The notes below the pieces were generated by a model. It ran no database searches. It had not been told where the DNA came from and saw only the letters and a program-made list of their open reading frames with translations. From positions 1 through 21,621 of the forward strand of contig CALGBY010000124.1 in NCBI GenBank assembly GCA_937886445.1: a DNA stretch of 21,621 nucleotides. The letters are read 5' to 3'. Each line of letters opens with the position of its first letter. The first letter of the stretch is position 1. The position numbers were made by a program, and so were the translations under genes. Of this stretch, positions 1 to 6,375 are shown piece after piece. This stretch comes from an uncultured Clostridia bacterium. GTDB taxonomy: Bacteria > Bacillota > Clostridia > Christensenellales > Aristaeellaceae.

Positions 1-90
1 CTGAAATAACCTCTTGCTTGTTTTCTTGACTGTGCTTGTTTGCCTACCGCATTTTTAAATGAGATGACCCTGGTGCCGTCATATGTAAAC

Positions 91-289
91 TTATGGCCCG
101 CCCTCCGGAAAGGCACCGATGGGGTGTTTGAAAAATGGCCAAACACATTTTCAAACTTATGGTCCGCCCTCCGGAATGACACCGATGGGCTGTTTGGAAA
201 TGGACCGAGACCATTTCCAAACTTATGGTCCGCCCTCCGGAAGAAGCACCGATTGGCTGTTTGAAAATGATCCGTATACATTTTCAAAC
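91..289. repeat. Three tandem copies (66, 66, 67 nt) of a non-coding unit. Each has a conserved half TTATGGYCCGCCCTCCGGAA..CACCGATKGG followed by an 11-12 bp stem hairpin GTTTGRAAATG(G)-loop-(C)CATTTYCAAAC.
   Basis: Direct alignment of units starting at 91, 157 and 223. They are roughly 80 percent identical by eye. Differences cluster in a 4-5 nt patch and in the hairpin loops (GCCAAACA / ACCGAGA / ATCCGTATA). Confidence 0.9.
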
Positions 290-300
290 CTATGCCGTTA

Positions 301-316
301 TATGTAAATTTACATA
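301..316. repeat. 16-nt perfect palindrome TATGTAAATTTACATA
   Basis: Read directly; self-complementary over all 16 nt. It lies immediately after the last 66-bp unit. Confidence 0.85.
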
Positions 317-430
317 AAATCCAGCGAAGATCCGCTGAAAAATTCACAGCGGAATCGAAAACAGGCGGGCTGGATATCCCTTGTTTCCCGGCAGGGCGCG
401 AAATACTGTCTGTTATCACACTTTGGGTTC

Positions 431-479
431 GTTTGTTATCATGCTCAAAAAATATGTTTGTTATCATGCTCAAAAAATA
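431..479. repeat. Two direct copies of the 24-nt sequence GTTTGTTATCATGCTCAAAAAATA (period 25 bp)
   Basis: Copies at 431-454 and 456-479 are identical. They sit about 115 bp upstream of the first CDS. Confidence 0.9.
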
Positions 480-523
480 ATGCTGGCTTTATTGTTTCGG
501 ATATGGTATAGTTATATGGTTAT

Positions 524-549
524 TTTGTCAAAACCGCGTTTTTGACAAA
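524..549. promoter_or_regulatory. Perfect 10-bp inverted repeat TTTGTCAAAA-N6-TTTTGACAAA (operator-like site or 5' UTR hairpin)
   Basis: Arms at 524-533 and 540-549 are exact reverse complements. The site lies about 30 nt upstream of the GAAAGGA ribosome-binding site of the 596 CDS. Function is not established. Confidence 0.45.
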
Positions 550-595
550 TGACCGCACAGAAAACGCTTCCAACCCCGCTGAAAGGACGGATATC

Positions 596-1573
596 ATGGC
601 CCGCGAAAAAATCACCAAGGAAATGATTCGCAGATATTTGCAGGAATCCAGAAAATCCGAGGAAACGGACGACCCGATCGACCGCGTGTTCACCGAACCG
701 GCAGGACTCATTTTTTGTCAGCTGGCAAACAAACTGGGGCTTTCGCCCAATCAGGTATCTCTGCTGAGCATGGCGGCCGGTATCGCAGGCGGCGTATTTT
801 TCTACTGGGATTCCTTTGTACTGAATCTGATCGGCGTATTGTTTGTCATGCTGTCGATCATTCTGGACTGTACAGACGGTCAGCTCGCGAGGCTCACACA
901 CCGCACAAGTGAACTGGGCCGGCTGTTGGACGGTATAGCCACGATCGCGTCCTATACCGCGATATATCTTGCACTGGGTCTGAGAATGATGAACGAAAAG
1001 ATTCCCTTCACCGATACGCTGTGGGGCGGATGGGTATGGCTGATGATCGTACCCTGCACGCTGATCTTTCACGCGGGGCAGGACAGAATGGCCGATTACT
1101 TCCGCAATCTTCATCTTCTTTTCCACACACGCGGCGAGAACAGCGAATTTGACCGCAGCGAAAAGCTGCGGGAAAGATATCTTGCCGAAAAGCCCGGCCT
1201 GAACCGCGCTTATCTGCGTATTTACACAGCATACACCCGCATGCAGGAAAAATACACCCCCCGCCTGCAGCGTTTTCTGAAAACAGCCGGCGATGACGGA
1301 AAATATCCCGATGAGGTGCGTGAGGATTTCCTCAGAGAAAGCAGAAAATACATCCAGCTCACAAATCTTCTCACGCTCAACATCCGCGCGTACGCTTTCT
1401 TCATTCTCGTGCTGCTCAATCCGTTTTTCGAAGTGGAAATGCACGCCTTCTATTTCATTCCCTTCCTGCTCATCATGCAGCTGGTCAACTATTTTATGAT
1501 CAACCGCTATGAAAGGATCGCCGATTCTCTTTTGAAAAAGTACTACAGCAGCCCGGAGGAGAGCGGAAAATGA
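596..1573 (+). CDS. CDP-alcohol phosphatidyltransferase family membrane protein (atypical signature)
   Basis: Part of ORF 542..1573. I prefer ATG 596, preceded by GAAAGGA, over the TTG at 542. Signature DCTDGQLAR-x8-G-x3-D-x3-T matches D-x2-DG-x2-AR-x8-G-x3-D-x3-D except at the last residue. Several hydrophobic segments are present. Confidence 0.8.
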   Translation: MAREKITKEMIRRYLQESRKSEETDDPIDRVFTEPAGLIFCQLANKLGLSPNQVSLLSMAAGIAGGVFFYWDSFVLNLIGVLFVMLSIILDCTDGQLARLTHRTSELGRLLDGIATIASYTAIYLALGLRMMNEKIPFTDTLWGGWVWLMIVPCTLIFHAGQDRMADYFRNLHLLFHTRGENSEFDRSEKLRERYLAEKPGLNRAYLRIYTAYTRMQEKYTPRLQRFLKTAGDDGKYPDEVREDFLRESRKYIQLTNLLTLNIRAYAFFILVLLNPFFEVEMHAFYFIPFLLIMQLVNYFMINRYERIADSLLKKYYSSPEESGK

Positions 1574-2619
1574 AAAAATGGCGTATCATTTTCTTCATTC
1601 TGGGTCTCGCCGGGCTGGCTGTGCTGATCATCCAGTCCGATCCTACCCAGTATAACTGGCAGGAGATCCTTTCCAGAGATCTGTTTCTGATCCTTTTGGG
1701 TCAGCTCGTCATCTGGGCCGTGATTTATTTCATCCATGTTGTCGTCTACAAGGATATCCTCGGGAAAGAGTATTTCAAAGAAGTCGGATGGGCGCGCATG
1801 ACACGCATCTGCCTTACCGGCTTTGCCCTCAACAATGTTACTCCGGCCGGTCTTGTGGGCGGCGAGCCTTACCGCATCATGGAGCTGAAGCCCTTCTGCG
1901 GAACGGAAAAGGCGACATCCTCCACGCTTACCTTTACCGTATTCTACACGATGGGGCATGTTCTGCTGTGGGTGACCGGTACAGTTTTCTATTTTCTGCT
2001 CGGTGCTCCCGGTGAGATCAGCACCAGTATCCTGCTTGCCATCAGCGGCATCGTGCTGGGCTTTGCCTGCTTTGCCTTCATCAGAAGCCGCAACCACGGC
2101 TTCATCATGCCTCTCTTCCGTTTTTTCGGAAAGCTTCCCCTGATCTCCCGGCTCACAAACAAGCTGCTTGAAAAACACGGTGAGCAGTACACCAACATTG
2201 ACCGTGAGATCTCGGAGTTCAGTCACGACCGCCGTGTATTCCGCCGTGTGCTGCTGCTTGAATATCTCACCCGTCTTCTTGAAGCCGGTGAATATTTCTT
2301 CATATTTAAAATGCTGGGGGAAAACATAAACTATCCGGGCGGTCTTGTGATCATGAGCATGGCCAGCCTGATCGGCAATGTGTTCTTTATGATCCCCATG
2401 CAGGCAGGCACCCGCGAAAGCGGTATGACCATCGGCGTCAACTGGCTCGGTCTGAGTGACGGAAGCGGCTTTATGGGCGGGCTTCTGTACCGCGTACGCG
2501 AGCTGCTCTGCATCGCCGTCGGCATTTCGCTGATCCTGATAGGCAAAACCGTAAAAAACCGCACAGAAAAAAGAAACACCGCAAGCAGCGATCATGACGC
2601 CGCCGAAAAACAGCAGTAA
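1570..2619 (+). CDS. Flippase-like / lysylphosphatidylglycerol-synthase-TM-type (UPF0104-like) integral membrane protein
   Basis: ORF 1570..2619. Its ATG overlaps the upstream stop (ATGA), and GGAGGAG lies just upstream. It is a polytopic hydrophobic protein whose N-terminus (MKKWRIIFFILGLAGLAVLI) and overall pattern I recognise as this family. This comes from memory, not a search. Confidence 0.7.
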   Translation: MKKWRIIFFILGLAGLAVLIIQSDPTQYNWQEILSRDLFLILLGQLVIWAVIYFIHVVVYKDILGKEYFKEVGWARMTRICLTGFALNNVTPAGLVGGEPYRIMELKPFCGTEKATSSTLTFTVFYTMGHVLLWVTGTVFYFLLGAPGEISTSILLAISGIVLGFACFAFIRSRNHGFIMPLFRFFGKLPLISRLTNKLLEKHGEQYTNIDREISEFSHDRRVFRRVLLLEYLTRLLEAGEYFFIFKMLGENINYPGGLVIMSMASLIGNVFFMIPMQAGTRESGMTIGVNWLGLSDGSGFMGGLLYRVRELLCIAVGISLILIGKTVKNRTEKRNTASSDHDAAEKQQ

Positions 2620-2640
2620 GCAGTCCGGGAAGCGGTGATG

Positions 2641-2677
2641 AAAAAGCACGGGAGGGATCGTTCCTTCCGTGCTTTTT
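2641..2677. terminator. Bidirectional rho-independent terminator between convergent genes
   Basis: AAAAA + stem AGCACGGGAGG (2645-2655) / CCTTCCGTGCT (2663-2673, one G-U pair) + TTTT. An A-run lies on one side and a T-run on the other. Confidence 0.75.
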
Positions 2678-2753
2678 CATAAACATACCGGATTTTATGA
2701 TTTTTTCGTATTATCTGATCCCGGTCGCGTTTTCTTTACCGTTCGCGGCGATA

Positions 2754-3914
2754 TCAGAATACGGTATATTCGCATTCCAGTCTTCCGTTATACAGCCTTC
2801 TTTTGTAGGCCGGGCGCGCCTGAACATGCTTTTCCGCGCCTGTATAGGCAGTGATCATGCACAGTCTTGTTCCCTGTCCGCATGCCGTACGCAGCTTTCC
2901 GAGATCTCTGTACAGCTTTTCACAGTTCCTTCTGTCGCTCATTCTCTCTCCGTAGGGCGGGTTGCAGAGAAGACAGCGGATCGCTTCCTCCTCCGCCTCC
3001 GCAAAGAGCACAGGCACCGTTCCTTCTCTCAGGTCCTGCAGGCTTACAGTGATCCTGCCCCCCAACCCGGCCTGAACAATGTGCTTTTTGCACAGCTTCA
3101 GCGCTTCGGGATCGATATCCCCGCCGCTGATCCCCCGGATGTTCTCAGGGCGGTACTCGTTTTCAGCCTCGCTGCGAAGCCTTCGCATCGCCGCGGGATC
3201 TGTCTGCTGCCAGTCCTCCATGGCAAAATGCCGTGAAAGACCCGGTGCCCTGTGAGACATGATAAAGGCGGCTTCTATCAGCAATGTGCCGGTCCCGCAG
3301 CAGGGGTCGTGCAGAAGCGGCAGCGCGCTGCCGGCTTTTTCAGCGCGTCTTAAAGAGGAATACCAGGGAGACAGCATCACCAGCGCCGCCGCCAGTGTTT
3401 CACGCAGCGGAGCCTCACCGTTCCAGGTACGGTAGCCGCGGCGGTTCAGCGCGTCCCCTGAGGTATCCAGCGTTACCCGGCAGATATCTCCGTGCAGGGC
3501 GATATCCACCTTGTACTCCCTGCCGTTTTCAGGCAAAAGATCTCTGCGGTATGCTTTCTTCATGCGTTCCACGATGGCCTTTTTTCCTACCGCCTGACAG
3601 TCTCTCACGCTCATCAGTGTACTGCGGGCGCACTTTCCCGTTACCGGGATCCGCGCGTTTTCAGGCAGAAGGTCCTCCCACGGGATGCTTTTTACCTGCT
3701 GAAAAAGTTCCTCGAAGGTCGTTACCTTCTTTTCTGATACCAGCAGGAGCACCCTGTCCGCGCAGCGCAGGCGCAGATTGGCACGCATCGCGTCCTCAAG
3801 GCTGCCCGAAAAGCGCACGCATCCGTTATCAGCCCGCGCGTCAAGCCCCATTTCCTGAAGCTCTCTCTTAACGAGCCCCTCCAGCCCGAAGGCTGCTGTT
3901 GCAAGAAATTCCAT
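2754..3914 (-). CDS. THUMP-domain class I SAM-dependent RNA methyltransferase (RlmL/YpsC-like)
   Basis: ORF 2754..3914. SAM motif DPCCGTGTLLIEAA and catalytic NPPYGER are present. The N-terminal MEFLATAAFGLEGLVKRELQ is typical of the ferredoxin-like/THUMP module. Confidence 0.85.
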   Translation of the reverse strand: MEFLATAAFGLEGLVKRELQEMGLDARADNGCVRFSGSLEDAMRANLRLRCADRVLLLVSEKKVTTFEELFQQVKSIPWEDLLPENARIPVTGKCARSTLMSVRDCQAVGKKAIVERMKKAYRRDLLPENGREYKVDIALHGDICRVTLDTSGDALNRRGYRTWNGEAPLRETLAAALVMLSPWYSSLRRAEKAGSALPLLHDPCCGTGTLLIEAAFIMSHRAPGLSRHFAMEDWQQTDPAAMRRLRSEAENEYRPENIRGISGGDIDPEALKLCKKHIVQAGLGGRITVSLQDLREGTVPVLFAEAEEEAIRCLLCNPPYGERMSDRRNCEKLYRDLGKLRTACGQGTRLCMITAYTGAEKHVQARPAYKRRLYNGRLECEYTVF

Positions 3915-4018
3915 TTCTGTCTGTTCTCCTTCAAAGCGTCAACGGCAGTTTCTTACATTACCGTATCATGATGAGCATCCCGCGGTATACTGCGGCGGAT
4001 GAGCAAAGCGCCCGTCCT

Positions 4019-4534
4019 TCATTCCTCTTTGCGGGCAGGGTTCCTGTCCGCCTCGGTCACGATATGCAGTATTCCCGTTCCCCCGGCGATCTCCCGCATC
4101 CTGTTCTTCAAAAACGAGGGCTTGATATTATACTGTTCAATATCATCTATCGGGATCCAGACAAGCTTCTCCCTGTTGCCGTCGGCATTGACCGACACGG
4201 AACCCGTATTCATTATGCCTGTACTCTTCATCAGAAAATACAGTTCCAGACAATGGCAGTCCATTCCCTCCAGTGATCCGCCGTGTCCGTCAAAGAAATT
4301 TTCGCAGATCACCGCGAGATGATCGATCTCATAATCAACGCCGGTCTCTTCCTTTAACTCGCGGCGCACACAGTCCTCCGCTTTTTCCCCCATGTGCACC
4401 CCGCCGCCGGCGGTATAGCAATAATCCAGCGTGCTGTCCGTAACAAACAGCGCCTTTCCGTTTTCAATGACAAGGCCGGCCGCCCTGTAGCGAAACCAAT
4501 GTTGATCGTTTGTAAAGCAGCAGTCCTTTTTCAT
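4019..4534 (-). CDS. Nudix hydrolase
   Basis: Nudix box GGVHMGE-KAEDCVR-RELKEETGV fits G-x5-E-x7-REUxEExGU. I prefer ATG at 4534 (MKKDCC...), preceded by GGAAAGGGAAAG, over the GTG at 4555. Confidence 0.85.
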   Translation of the reverse strand: MKKDCCFTNDQHWFRYRAAGLVIENGKALFVTDSTLDYCYTAGGGVHMGEKAEDCVRRELKEETGVDYEIDHLAVICENFFDGHGGSLEGMDCHCLELYFLMKSTGIMNTGSVSVNADGNREKLVWIPIDDIEQYNIKPSFLKNRMREIAGGTGILHIVTEADRNPARKEE

Positions 4535-4704
4535 TGCTTCTTTCCCTTTCCGCACGATACGCCCGGTACCGGCATGAGGCGTAACCGCCGTTTCTCCTTT
4601 TCGTGTTCACGCTGCCGTCCCCGGCCGCCTGATCCGGGATCTGTCTGTCATCCTCTGAAGGAACGGAACGCATGCAGACCCGCCCCGCGCCTCCGCGCGA
4701 AGCT

Positions 4705-4732
4705 ATCATACCACATCTGTACATAACGTCAA
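4705..4732 (-). promoter_or_regulatory. Candidate sigma-A promoter for the Nudix gene: TTGACG-N16-(TGg)TATGAT
   Basis: On the minus strand, the -35 is at 4727-4732 and the extended -10 at 4705-4710. This implies a leader of about 160 nt. Confidence 0.4.
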
Positions 4733-4805
4733 GCGAAAGTATCCACTCCTTCGGGGCAGCATGTGTTCGGGCAGCATATCAAAATAAAAATCACGAAAAA
4801 AACGC

Positions 4806-4834
4806 TTGACACACCGGCAGAACAATGGTAATAT
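4806..4834 (+). promoter_or_regulatory. Promoter of the infC-rpmI-rplT operon: TTGACA-N17-TAATAT
   Basis: -35 at 4806-4811, 17-nt spacer, -10 at 4829-4834. Confidence 0.6.
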
Positions 4835-4841
4835 ATCTTCC

Positions 4842-4946
4842 GCATGAAGCAGAGGCTGCCCGCCTCTCACCCGGCGAATTCTGTTTTTCCGGTGTGCAGG
4901 CAATCCAAAGGAATTGCGCGGCGGGTATCTATGCCCGCCGCTTTTT
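4842..4946 (+). promoter_or_regulatory. infC operon leader with an attenuator, consistent with the Firmicutes L20-leader type of autoregulation
   Basis: The leader is about 105 nt and has hairpins AGAGGC/GCCTCT and GCAATCC/GGAATTGC. It ends in an intrinsic terminator just before the infC ribosome-binding site. Assignment to the L20-leader family rests on position and architecture only. Confidence 0.45.
4918..4946 (+). terminator. Leader (attenuator) terminator upstream of infC
   Basis: Stem GCGGCGGG (4918-4925) / CCCGCCGC (4934-4941), 8-nt loop, then TTTTT (4942-4946). Confidence 0.75.
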
Positions 4947-4974
4947 ATGTAAATGATTATGGAGGTGCATCGAC

Positions 4975-5538
4975 ATCGCAACGGAACTCTTGATCAATGA
5001 AGAAATTCGCGACCGCGAAGTGCGTGTGATCGACGCGGAAGGCAATCAGCTGGGTGTTCTTCCCACGCAGAAAGCTATCGAACTGGCAGAGGAAGCAGGG
5101 CTTGATCTGGTAAAGATCGTCCCCACCGCTCAGCCCCCCGTATGTAAACTGATGGACTATGACAAGCACCGTTTTGAGCAGAGCAAAAAGGAACGGGAAA
5201 TGCGCAAGAACCAGAAGGTGATCGCCCTGAAGGAAGTGCAGCTTTCCGCTACGATCGAAGAAAACGATGTGAATGTCAAGGCAAAGGCCGCTGTCAAATT
5301 CCTGCAGAACGGCGATAAGGTAAAGGTATCCATCCGTTTCCGCGGACGTCAGGCTGCGCATCCCGAGATCGGCATTCAGGTCATGAACGACTTTGTTGAA
5401 CGCGTCAAGGAATATGCCGTTGTTGACCGCCGTCCCACCATTGAAGGCAGGAACATGACAATGATCCTGGTACCCAAGACGGAGAAAGCCGCCAAGGCAA
5501 CGGCTCCCAAAGCTGCTCCCAGGCAGGCTGAACCATAA
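4975..5538 (+). CDS. infC: Translation initiation factor IF-3 (start codon uncertain, probably non-AUG)
   Basis: [22 protein letters not shown]... is a classic IF-3 N-terminus. The frame opens at 4957 and has no in-frame ATG or GTG before the conserved region. GGAGG lies at 4961-4965, ATC 4975 is 9 nt downstream and the track's TTG 4990 is 24 nt downstream. Confidence 0.9.
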   Translation: MATELLINEEIRDREVRVIDAEGNQLGVLPTQKAIELAEEAGLDLVKIVPTAQPPVCKLMDYDKHRFEQSKKEREMRKNQKVIALKEVQLSATIEENDVNVKAKAAVKFLQNGDKVKVSIRFRGRQAAHPEIGIQVMNDFVERVKEYAVVDRRPTIEGRNMTMILVPKTEKAAKATAPKAAPRQAEP

Positions 5539-5566
5539 CTCACTATTCCCGGAAGGAGGAACTACC

Positions 5567-5767
5567 ATGCCCAAACAGAAAACTCACCGCGGCGCCGCCA
5601 AGCGCTTTTCCCTCACCAAAACCGGTAAGGTAAAGCATAAGAAGATGAACGCCAACCACATCCTGAACAAGAAAACCACCAAGCGTATCCGTCATCTGCG
5701 TCACGGCGGCCAGCTTCAGAACAATGCCGAAGCGGCTACCATCCGCACGCTGATCCCCTACAAATAA
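5567..5767 (+). CDS. rpmI: 50S ribosomal protein L35
   Basis: [14 protein letters not shown]... ; 66 aa and highly basic. RBS GGAAGGAGG lies upstream. Confidence 0.97.
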   Translation: MPKQKTHRGAAKRFSLTKTGKVKHKKMNANHILNKKTTKRIRHLRHGGQLQNNAEAATIRTLIPYK

Positions 5768-5793
5768 GCCGGTCTCAAGGAGGAAAATAAACA

Positions 5794-6144
5794 ATGGCAC
5801 GTATTAAGAGGGCTGTAACCGCCCATAAAAAGCGCCGTAAGGTGTTTAAGCTGGCCAAAGGTTACTTTGGTTCCAAGTCCAAGCAGTACCGCACCGCCAG
5901 TGAACAGGTGCGCCGTTCCCTGCGCTACGCCTATGCCGGCCGTAAAATGCGCAAGCGTGACTTCCGCGCTCTGTGGATCGCCCGTATCAATGCCGCTGCC
6001 CGTATCAACGGCCTGAGCTACTCCGTGTTTATCAACGGTCTCAAGAAGAACGGCATCGAAGTCAACCGCAAGATGCTGGCCGACCTGGCCGTGAATGACG
6101 CCGCTGCCTTTGCTCAGCTGGCCGAGATCGCGAAGAAAGCCTGA
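5794..6144 (+). CDS. rplT: 50S ribosomal protein L20
   Basis: [17 protein letters not shown]...[16 protein letters not shown] ; 116 aa. RBS AAGGAGG lies upstream. Confidence 0.97.
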   Translation: MARIKRAVTAHKKRRKVFKLAKGYFGSKSKQYRTASEQVRRSLRYAYAGRKMRKRDFRALWIARINAAARINGLSYSVFINGLKKNGIEVNRKMLADLAVNDAAAFAQLAEIAKKA

Positions 6145-6152
6145 AATTGATC

Positions 6153-6177
6153 AAACGGACCGAAAGGTCCGTTTTTT
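6153..6177 (+). terminator. Rho-independent terminator after rplT
   Basis: Stem AAACGGACC / GGTCCGTTT with GAAA loop, followed by a T-run. Confidence 0.8.
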
Positions 6178-6196
6178 CGTGGCTCATTTTGCACAC

Positions 6197-6216
6197 AGCA
6201 TAATATAGCATAATAT
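6197..6216. repeat. Tandem duplication of the 10-mer AGCATAATAT (duplicates a TAATAT -10-like hexamer)
   Basis: Copies at 6197-6206 and 6207-6216 are identical. TTGCAC at 6189-6194 lies 16 nt upstream of the second TAATAT. Confidence 0.8.
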
Positions 6217-6285
6217 ATATAAAGAAAATCATACCGGATCAACGCTTATTTTTTACATTTTGATGTGAAAACGATCGCTTTTTGC

Positions 6286-6314
6286 TTGCACTGCGGCGCG
6301 ATTTATGGTATCAT
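6286..6314 (+). promoter_or_regulatory. Candidate tig promoter TTGCAC-N17-TATCAT with a TGn extended -10
   Basis: -35 at 6286-6291 and -10 at 6309-6314, preceded by TGG. Confidence 0.4.
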
Positions 6315-6375
6315 AAAAAGTGGTGCGCAGTCAGCACCGATTGAAGTTAAAGTAACTGGGAGGAGAACCTGGATC

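Noticed and set aside
40-264. ORF encoding a 22-aa tandem-repeat peptide (NLWSALR..TDG.F...) across the 66-bp units
   Set aside because: It has a TTG start with no RBS. Differences between units are not synonymous-biased. Unit 3 is 67 nt, so the frame breaks. Hairpin conservation explains the repeats better.
91-289. Possible CRISPR array, given the regular 66-bp periodicity and a partly palindromic segment beginning GTTTG and ending CAAAC
   Set aside because: The would-be spacers are nearly identical between units, while the would-be repeats differ in their centres. That is the opposite of a CRISPR array. There are only three units and no cas genes in the window.
2754-3914. An NPPY-motif methyltransferase as a DNA methylase of a restriction-modification system
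   Set aside because: The N-terminal THUMP-type module and overall layout match RNA (rRNA/tRNA) methyltransferases. No nuclease or specificity gene lies adjacent.
4535-4704. A ykkC-subtype (nucleoside-diphosphate-sensing) riboswitch upstream of the Nudix gene
   Set aside because: I could not find the conserved ykkC core segments by eye. It is kept only as a generic long-leader observation.
4394-4981. ORFs 4394..4726 (+), 4464..4724 (-) and 4706..4981 (-) in the Nudix/infC intergenic region
   Set aside because: They are Arg/Pro/Cys-rich translations with no RBS, and they overlap predicted promoters and the infC leader.
6265-6375. A 37-codon N-terminal extension of trigger factor suggested by the ORF track
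   Set aside because: The extension has no RBS and no trigger-factor-like sequence, and it overlaps the predicted promoter. ATG 6376 has a strong GGGAGGAG and gives the canonical N-terminus.
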